From: Candidatus Thalassarchaeaceae archaeon
GTDB taxonomy: Archaea; Thermoplasmatota; Poseidoniia; Poseidoniales; Thalassarchaeaceae
Assembly: GCA_030747675.1 (NCBI GenBank)
Contig: JASLKH010000010.1
Location: 1-45,086 of the forward strand
Direction: 5' to 3'
Length of the DNA stretch: 45,086 nt
This document shows positions 38,570-45,086 of this stretch, one piece after another. The notes below the pieces were generated by a model. The model had not been told where the DNA came from. It saw only the letters and a list, made by a program, of their open reading frames with translations, and did no database searches. The position numbers and the translations under genes are program-made. Within the stretch, counting starts at the first letter, position 1; each line of letters starts with the position of its first letter.

Positions 38570-39003
38570 ACCGTGAGATTGATGCCCAACCCCCCCCTCG
38601 AAGGGTTATGGATACCCCTGCGACAACCGCGGAAAATCTTTTCTTAGGTTTGGGAATGACTCTATTGTTAGTCACTGCATTCGCACTTATTGATGGCCGC
38701 CTTCCACCTGATGAATGTCCTGAAGGAGATACTCAAGAGATTTGCACATCAAGTTCTGAATTTGGATGGATAGTTCCAGCCTTAGCTGGACTTTCACTTA
38801 CATGTGGAATTATGATGCGATTTTCTCGTATTAGTGGTAACGGACCCCTATTGGGTAATTTGTTCTCTGATGAAGATGAAAAAACAATATCTAATAGACT
38901 TACAAAAGATTACATTGATGCAAATGACACAGATCGTATTACTGGAGCATGGGCAAACCTTGAAACAAAAATGCTAGAATCAAATTATAATGAAGAGGAA
39001 TAA
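38566..39003 (+). CDS. Two-TM membrane protein
   Basis: Two hydrophobic helices flanking a C-X8-C loop; ATGA overlap with the scramblase gene. Confidence 0.72.
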   Translation: MNREIDAQPPPRRVMDTPATTAENLFLGLGMTLLLVTAFALIDGRLPPDECPEGDTQEICTSSSEFGWIVPALAGLSLTCGIMMRFSRISGNGPLLGNLFSDEDEKTISNRLTKDYIDANDTDRITGAWANLETKMLESNYNEEE

Positions 39004-39588
39004 CTAGTAAGTTTCTCTCATCAATTTGTGAATTTTGTATGGTAGAAGAGCCCGGTTCACTGGAGTAACCTCTAGGATACGTGCATCATCTCTTCGTCGA
39101 ATATCCTGGAGGAGAGGGTGCCTACTTTTTTTATGCAAAGTCACCAAAGTTGGCTTGTCAACCTTCATTGCGGCGCGAACAATATCTACAAATGCTTCTG
39201 ACTCAACACTGAATTTACCAATTTCATCGATAACAATCACTTCGTAATTATCCATCGCTTCCTCAATTGCAGGAACTGCAATTCGCTCAATTGCATCAGG
39301 GTCGATTCCATACCCTAGCACACGGAGTCTAGAATCAATATTCTTGTGAGCCATCACATCTTCTTCGCCTGTTTGGAAATTGATGCACCTAACTCCGACA
39401 CGTTCACCATCTTCTACTAATGGTTCACACCTCATACCACCTAGAATTTTGGCGGCTGAAACATCATCCCCCCGAGCCCTCATTTCAGCTCGACGCTCAT
39501 CAGTGATCATCTGGACAACTTTTTGCATAACTGCAGATTTACCACTTCTGGGCAATCCAGTAATTCCTATTTTTGGATGAATGCCCAT
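39004..39588 (-). CDS. Nucleoside-triphosphatase, THEP1/NTPase_1 family
   Basis: IGITGLPRSGKS Walker A, G.RVG, VIVIDEIGKF Walker B, NR..LP..I. ATG at 39588. Confidence 0.9.
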   Translation of the reverse strand: MGIHPKIGITGLPRSGKSAVMQKVVQMITDERRAEMRARGDDVSAAKILGGMRCEPLVEDGERVGVRCINFQTGEEDVMAHKNIDSRLRVLGYGIDPDAIERIAVPAIEEAMDNYEVIVIDEIGKFSVESEAFVDIVRAAMKVDKPTLVTLHKKSRHPLLQDIRRRDDARILEVTPVNRALLPYKIHKLMRETY

Positions 39589-39709
39589 AGTTGAATCCCC
39601 TATCGTAAATACGAGTGAATTCACTATGGCGGTGCCGCAACTAATGAATCCTTTGTTCAAACCCTCAGAAATTTCCGGAGAACAGAACCTGAAATCCGTA
39701 AGCCGGAAA

Positions 39710-41698
39710 TTATGCGAGTTGCTTTGCTACTGAAATTTCAAGTGGTGGCAATGGTAGCATTTCTAATTCGTAATTGTTGACATTATTATTTGCAGCCCAA
39801 GCTCGTGCCCAAGCATCCAATTTGTCACCATTTAGTAGATTACATAACCAATTTAATCCAGTATCCAAATCATCATGTTGGGAGGCCAAACGATCTGATA
39901 CTTCTTCTGGTAGTTCAAGATGATTAACTGAATTTCCAAGAACGCAGCCCTTTGGTAAAACGACCCAACGAAGTCGGCGAGATTGTTGTGCATTTACAAT
40001 TGCTTGACAAGCGAGACGTGGATGATTTGGTGCTTTAATCGGACCTTTCCATTGTGCTTGCTTTCTTTCAGAGGCTTCAACCTCAATTTTTGAATTGAAA
40101 ACCGGATGATGCAACCAAACACCTTTTTCTTCATCATTTCTGAAATGAATACCTCGGATAAATGGAGTCCCACGACTCCCTTTCTTCCATGGTTTGATAT
40201 CACTACTCCAAGTGGTTTGGTCTACTTCTCCTACTCGAACTCTTAATCGCTTTTCACCAGCCAGCCAATGGTGTGACTCTGCTAGGCGTGGTAATTCTGC
40301 TAAATCATCGATAACAGTTAGTAGGTTTTGGCGCTCGAAGCGGTCACGAGGTAATCGAGGAACCGACCATTCATTACGGCTCCATTGGCCCCAGCGAACA
40401 CGATCCAACCCGAATCGAGGAACTGTTGGTAACAAGCCATTCTTTGAGCATAATTCATTGGCTTCAGCAGGTCCATGACAAATCAATTCCTCAGACATCC
40501 CATTTACTGTGATTCCTAAGACTAGAACACCTTGAGTGACTCCAGTGAAAAGTCGTGCCGACTCGGGGAATGTCCAGATGCTTGTCCATTCGTGCTTGTC
40601 AACTAAGAGACGGCGAAGTGGCGCACTACTTTGCTCACGTAGTAAACTATCTGGGACGATAAGACGAACCCGACCACTAGATTGTGTTAGTTGCAAACTT
40701 CGTTCTAGGAATAACCGGTATAGATTCACATTTCCACGAAGAGTACTGAAACGTAGACGACCATCTTTTTCGGTAAGATTTCGCAATTCTTCTCCTAATT
40801 CCTTACGAAGACGACTTCCTTCAACATGTCCACGGAAACGATCCTTGATACGTAGCCAAGGAGGATTACACATGAGTAATCGTGGGGCATCATCCCATAG
40901 CCAACTCCCTCTCAATGCATCCCCTACTCTAACAACATCCTGAAGAATTTCTTCTGCTTCACTCCTGTTAAGCAAACCAGGTTTGTCGTCATCTTTCAAA
41001 GAGACAAGGTTTGAGCGTATTGCTGCTAGTAATAACCGTCGCCTTGTGGCAACAGCTGCAACATCACAGACGTCGAGAAGTTGTAGAGATGAAAGCAATG
41101 TGCGGGTATCTTCTGATCGTTGTTCCAAAGGAATATTTCCAATTTTTTCTCCATGCCATTTTAGTAAACAGGATGGAAACAAACCTCCACCTACAGCAGG
41201 GTCGGCGAATGGAAGAGGAATCCCGGTCCGAGTTCGACGACCTTCTGCGATTTCCTTTTCAGCTTCTTCGTCAACTTCTTCGACATTCTCTGCCCGTTCT
41301 TTAGCCATCTTTGCTTCAATTTGAGCGCGGAACGCCGGCGGAAGTGCTGATAGATTCACATCAGTAGGAGCATCCTTAGTTGATTGAACAGGAGTATCGA
41401 CTTTCAACTCTTCAGCAATAATTGCATCTGCTAGTCGAGTGGGTGTAGGGTGAGCCCCTCTTGGACTTCTACCATCGGCTTCAGCATCATGCCGACACAG
41501 CAGGTGATCCAACACGTGACCAGGATCGGTTAACAAACTCGCCGGAAGCGTTGGCCAATTTGAAGGAAGTTGACTAGCTTGAGGTAGACCCGTTCGAAGA
41601 GCTTCTTCCCAAGCATCCAACCAGATATTCATCTGTTCAATTCGATCCATACATTCGCGATCAAGCCTGGCATACCAGCCACTTACATTTCCACGCAT
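39710..41698 (-). CDS. Orphan N6-adenine DNA methyltransferase (Eco57I/TaqI-like gamma class) with C-terminal TRD
   Basis: DPAVGGGLF motif I, NPPW motif IV, NLYRLFLERSLQL...GR..LIVPDS, TaqI_C-like end (LC.LLN...D.W...N.NV..YELE.LPLP). SD GGTGGGG upstream. Confidence 0.85.
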   Translation of the reverse strand: MRGNVSGWYARLDRECMDRIEQMNIWLDAWEEALRTGLPQASQLPSNWPTLPASLLTDPGHVLDHLLCRHDAEADGRSPRGAHPTPTRLADAIIAEELKVDTPVQSTKDAPTDVNLSALPPAFRAQIEAKMAKERAENVEEVDEEAEKEIAEGRRTRTGIPLPFADPAVGGGLFPSCLLKWHGEKIGNIPLEQRSEDTRTLLSSLQLLDVCDVAAVATRRRLLLAAIRSNLVSLKDDDKPGLLNRSEAEEILQDVVRVGDALRGSWLWDDAPRLLMCNPPWLRIKDRFRGHVEGSRLRKELGEELRNLTEKDGRLRFSTLRGNVNLYRLFLERSLQLTQSSGRVRLIVPDSLLREQSSAPLRRLLVDKHEWTSIWTFPESARLFTGVTQGVLVLGITVNGMSEELICHGPAEANELCSKNGLLPTVPRFGLDRVRWGQWSRNEWSVPRLPRDRFERQNLLTVIDDLAELPRLAESHHWLAGEKRLRVRVGEVDQTTWSSDIKPWKKGSRGTPFIRGIHFRNDEEKGVWLHHPVFNSKIEVEASERKQAQWKGPIKAPNHPRLACQAIVNAQQSRRLRWVVLPKGCVLGNSVNHLELPEEVSDRLASQHDDLDTGLNWLCNLLNGDKLDAWARAWAANNNVNNYELEMLPLPPLEISVAKQLA

Positions 41699-41715
41699 TC
41701 TTTCCCCACCCGATT

Positions 41716-41788
41716 GCGGGCGAGGGCCTTCCCTCTTTCAATCCCTCGCTTGCGCACACGCACGTATGCGAGCGCGCTCGCGCGCGAG
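41716..41788. repeat. GC-rich intergenic element: 11-bp stem, alternating purine/pyrimidine tract and overlapping palindromes
   Basis: 41716-41726 pairs with 41743-41753 (two G.U on + strand); 41751-41770 is a perfect RY alternation; GCGAGCGCGCTCGC (41768-41781) and CTCGCGCGCGAG (41777-41788) are perfect palindromes. Confidence 0.8.
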
Positions 41789-41811
41789 ACATCACCGCAG
41801 TACAACGAAAA

Positions 41812-42285
41812 TTACTTTTTTGAAATGAGTTTATCATCTCCTGGCAAAGTTACGCCAAGAATCCCTCTTCCTTTTGCCATCAACCGCCACCCATCTTCGA
41901 CCCAAGCAGTCAAGGATTCTAGTTCATTGGAGGTGATTCCAGAGGCATTAGAAATTTTTTTGATAATATCAATTTCACTTTCATGATAATCACCATCAAC
42001 CGCTGCAATGATTAGAGAATCACGAAGAGTTACCCGTAAAGCATCTTCAGAAATATTTTCCAATAAATCGTCAAGGTTCGGAGGTTCAACTAACCAAGGT
42101 CGCATTAATTCACGACGATTGGGCCGAATCATCGCTCTACCCATTGCTGCCTCAATGGCAGCACTTTCTTCCCGAACCAAATCTCCGTCTGCAGCAGCCA
42201 CACAAATTAGAATGCCGACATAGGCGTCTCTCGACCGCTCATCTAGTAAATCAACGGCGTCAGGCAACACGCCGTTCACACTCAT
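41812..42285 (-). CDS. TerB-family (tellurite-resistance-like) protein
   Basis: ICVAAADGDL..EE...I and IAAVDGDY.ESE...I..I duplicated TerB motifs. Confidence 0.85.
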   Translation of the reverse strand: MSVNGVLPDAVDLLDERSRDAYVGILICVAAADGDLVREESAAIEAAMGRAMIRPNRRELMRPWLVEPPNLDDLLENISEDALRVTLRDSLIIAAVDGDYHESEIDIIKKISNASGITSNELESLTAWVEDGWRLMAKGRGILGVTLPGDDKLISKK

Positions 42286-42707
42286 CCATCATTGAGAAGA
42301 TCAAGCCCTTCTTGCATCCAATCATATCCACGCAACACCCACGCAAGGAGGAAGTCAACTGTTTCAATGGCTAAACCGACATGTTGTGCGATTGTATCTA
42401 AAACGGCCCTTTCATCAGCATCGACGTTGCCATCTGCCGCAGTCATAAGAGTTGCATCACGCAATGCCAAGCGTCCGGCGATGGGTCCAAGATCTGCTAG
42501 GCAACTTTCTAATGAGGGCGGATTTTTCAAGAAATTTCGGATTTCTTTGCGTTGATTAGGGGACAATAATGCAGTACCCAATCGTTGTTCAAAGACAGCC
42601 ATTTCATCTATTGTGAGTTCATCATCGATGCGAGTTATCAGTGCCAATAATTTGGCATATGCGAAGCGCTCGGATTGAGGAAGTGTGTGTAGCGTGTCTG
42701 GGAGCAT
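42282..42707 (-). CDS. TerB-family protein (tandem paralogue)
   Basis: ITRIDDEL..DE and MTAADGNVDADE..VL..IA..GL motifs; 4-nt overlap with the next gene. Confidence 0.85.
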   Translation of the reverse strand: MLPDTLHTLPQSERFAYAKLLALITRIDDELTIDEMAVFEQRLGTALLSPNQRKEIRNFLKNPPSLESCLADLGPIAGRLALRDATLMTAADGNVDADERAVLDTIAQHVGLAIETVDFLLAWVLRGYDWMQEGLDLLNDG

Positions 42708-42766
42708 GAACTGGCGAAGCCACCTAGGGATGATGAACCCTACGCTAAGAATGGTGTGATAGTATT

Positions 42767-43588
42767 CTAATCATCAAGCGTTTCAACATCACTATCTTTC
42801 CCAGTTAATACACCACGTAGACGGGCATTATCGGTTTGTAGTGCATCGAATAGATCGTAATTGACACCGAGTTCTTTGGCTAAAACTCGCAGTGCATTGG
42901 AATCTTTTGGCAAACATTTGCCACCAAAACCACGATTGAGACCAAAAATTGGATCAAGATGACTTGAACCGATAGGTTGTGCTTGCTCAGCTGTAATAAT
43001 ATCTCGAACTGCATACCAATCTTCCCCCAAACCTTCACAAATGTCATACATTTGGTTTGCAAAAATAACTTTCACTGCATAAAATGTATTTTTAGTATAT
43101 TTCACCAATTCTGCTTGGGTTGGCGTTACTTGATAGGTTTGTTCTCGCTTTAGTACACCTGCTTCACGATGCTGTTGGAATACCCGCTCTGCAACATCGG
43201 CATGGTGAGTTCCACAGACTAAAATATCTTGATTACCAAAATCTTCTAAATGTCGCCGCTCGACAAGGAATTCTGGGCTGTATGCAATTTTTAGATGAGG
43301 AAATTCTTCATGGTAGCGCTGTGTGGCACCAGGAACAACCGTACTTTTGATGACTGCTGTAAACCCATCAGGGAGATCATTGAGCACAGACTCAACAATC
43401 GAAAGGTTACAGGAACCATCATCTGACATTGGAGTAGGTACTGCGATGTAGGCCATATCAACGTGGCCAGTTACATCAGACAGTGAGGTACCGCGAACGG
43501 GGTCATGAATGAATAATTCATGAGCGTCTGCAAACCAATGTTCGATGGCACCCCCAACAATACCCGCTCCAATTATGCCAACCTTCAT
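42767..43588 (-). CDS. Short UDP-glucose/GDP-mannose 6-dehydrogenase family protein
   Basis: [50 protein letters not shown] (catalytic Cys). Confidence 0.9.
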   Translation of the reverse strand: MKVGIIGAGIVGGAIEHWFADAHELFIHDPVRGTSLSDVTGHVDMAYIAVPTPMSDDGSCNLSIVESVLNDLPDGFTAVIKSTVVPGATQRYHEEFPHLKIAYSPEFLVERRHLEDFGNQDILVCGTHHADVAERVFQQHREAGVLKREQTYQVTPTQAELVKYTKNTFYAVKVIFANQMYDICEGLGEDWYAVRDIITAEQAQPIGSSHLDPIFGLNRGFGGKCLPKDSNALRVLAKELGVNYDLFDALQTDNARLRGVLTGKDSDVETLDD

Positions 43589-43693
43589 GATTAGTCCGAG
43601 AAGCCTTCACGTCAAAACACCTCTCCTCGAAATCCTATATTTTTGAATTGTTAATACCATACTTCATAGAGCAAATCCGCATAGAGTGGAGTA

Positions 43694-45086
43694 ATGGTTA
43701 GGTGGCGTTTTTGGTCAAGGGTACCAAACACTCGCAAGGGCGATCAAAAAGAAGCCCGCCGTTTGTACAATTTGAAAGATTATGATTCAGCAGAGCCATA
43801 TTTATTGAAATTAATTGCTCAGGACCCTGGTAACGAGTGGACTTTGGATGTATTCACAAGATTATTGATGAATACAAATAGACACCGTGATGCAATCCCT
43901 ATTTTGGAGAAATTAATAGATTTCAGTGTCGATAGAGATGTGTATGAATTTCGATTGGCACGTTGCTTTGCTAAATTACTTGAATATGGAAGAGTGATTT
44001 CTATTTTGGAACGAATGGCTCGTGCCTCTACTATTCCTGGGGATGGCTGGGATTTATTGGAAAGCGCCGTTAGAAATTACCATGATTCAGAAAACGCAGA
44101 TTACTTTTGGGAAAAATTAGCTGAAACAGGTACCTCGTCCCCACAAATTGATGTGCAAATGATTAGAATAGGTTTACAGAAAACCAATTTGGAAGATGTT
44201 GCAAAAAGAATCGAAAAAGTGACAGATTTAAACACAGAATTACCATTATCGGATAAATGGCGACTAAAACTCGCTGAGGTTTTAATCCAAGAGGGGGCAG
44301 CAGATATTGCGTTTGAAATAATAGCATCGGTCCCCCCTGAAACTCCAAATTACAATCGCTTTTTGATTAAGGTTAAACAAGCATTAGGTGAAGATGAGGA
44401 TGCAATTTCTATTGCAAGAGAATCATTGGAATCCTCACCCGAACATGGCGTGATGTTTGCCGCCATTCGACTTTCTTGGGACTTAGGTCTGATGGAGGAT
44501 GTAATTAATTTCACGAATAAAATTCTTCAAGATAAGCCCACACAGCGCCTAGCTCATAGATTTCGATTACGCGCTGAAGTGAAAATTGGCGATACGACTC
44601 GCATCAGAAGTGCAATAAAAAATTCACTTGAATTACTCCCGGACTTCGTTCATGCACATCGAGTAATGATTGATTTGGCTTTTAGTGAACTCAATGATTG
44701 GGACCTCGTTGTCCACCATTGCAATGAAATCCTCAAAATCGACTCAACAGATCGACGTGCCCGTTGCCATTTAATCCACTCATTACTAAATCTCAATTTG
44801 TTCGATGATGTATCGAATCAACTTGAAGAGACTACAAACATCCATCCTGAAGATGATGAAGTTGATTTAACAGCGGCACAAGCACATTGGAAAATGAACG
44901 ATGGCATGCATATTGAATGCATCAATAAAATGCTAAAGAGACACAAACTAGAGCCCATATACAGTGCGGCTAACAATCAAAATATTTCTGTAGAAAATTT
45001 ACGCTGCAATGCTCCTAAATCTGAATCACAAAATCAACCTCTGGTCAGCATCATCATGACAGTATATGGGCGGGACGAATATCTTG
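43694..45086 (+). CDS. TPR-repeat protein continuing into a GT2 glycosyltransferase domain; 3'-truncated and absent from the ORF track
   Basis: Manual translation from ATG 43694 (MVRWRFWSRVPN...) is open to the window end. It has TPR-like helical repeats and ends ...QPLVSIIMTVYGRDEYL, the GT2 N-terminal strand motif. Confidence 0.85.
   Translation, partial: MVRWRFWSRVPNTRKGDQKEARRLYNLKDYDSAEPYLLKLIAQDPGNEWTLDVFTRLLMNTNRHRDAIPILEKLIDFSVDRDVYEFRLARCFAKLLEYGRVISILERMARASTIPGDGWDLLESAVRNYHDSENADYFWEKLAETGTSSPQIDVQMIRIGLQKTNLEDVAKRIEKVTDLNTELPLSDKWRLKLAEVLIQEGAADIAFEIIASVPPETPNYNRFLIKVKQALGEDEDAISIARESLESSPEHGVMFAAIRLSWDLGLMEDVINFTNKILQDKPTQRLAHRFRLRAEVKIGDTTRIRSAIKNSLELLPDFVHAHRVMIDLAFSELNDWDLVVHHCNEILKIDSTDRRARCHLIHSLLNLNLFDDVSNQLEETTNIHPEDDEVDLTAAQAHWKMNDGMHIECINKMLKRHKLEPIYSAANNQNISVENLRCNAPKSESQNQPLVSIIMTVYGRDEYL

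Noticed and set aside
41714-41986. 90-aa plus-strand ORF through the palindromic spacer
   Set aside because: Its R/A-rich start merely reflects the CG repeats, and the rest is antisense to TerB.
1-45086. CRISPR arrays, IS elements, rRNA, and the many short (60-160 aa) overlapping ORFs in the track
   Set aside because: No repeat-spacer arrays, transposase motifs or rRNA-like segments were seen. The short ORFs lie within or antisense to well-supported genes and lack motifs.

Overview
Gene-dense archaeal chromosomal window. TFB, Rpo12, Top6A/B, Dph5, a Trm5/Taw2-like methylase and a split GMP synthase mark it as archaeal. Bacterial-type genes (PlsC-like acyltransferase, type-1 RNase H, GcvH) and large secreted proteins suggest Thermoplasmatota, most likely Marine Group II (Ca. 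Poseidoniales); this placement is an inference. About 38 CDS are supported, including a TPR-GT2 gene missing from the ORF track because it runs off the right end, plus two tRNAs (Asp-GTC, Arg-CCT). I found no CRISPR array, transposase or integrase. Top leads: (1) a 1,700-aa surface protein with a 7-bladed propeller, a MIDAS vWA domain inserted in blade 4, an Ig-like stalk and a TM tail, i.e. an integrin-alpha-like layout; (2) an orphan PGF-CTERM anchor encoded antisense just after a secreted-type peptidase that lacks an anchor; (3) a TerB-TerB / palindromic Z-DNA spacer / orphan m6A methyltransferase module; (4) several apparent pseudoenzymes (SdhA-like, PIMT-TPR, class II aldolase, RFC-S paralogue). 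All assignments come from motif recognition by eye; no database searches were run.
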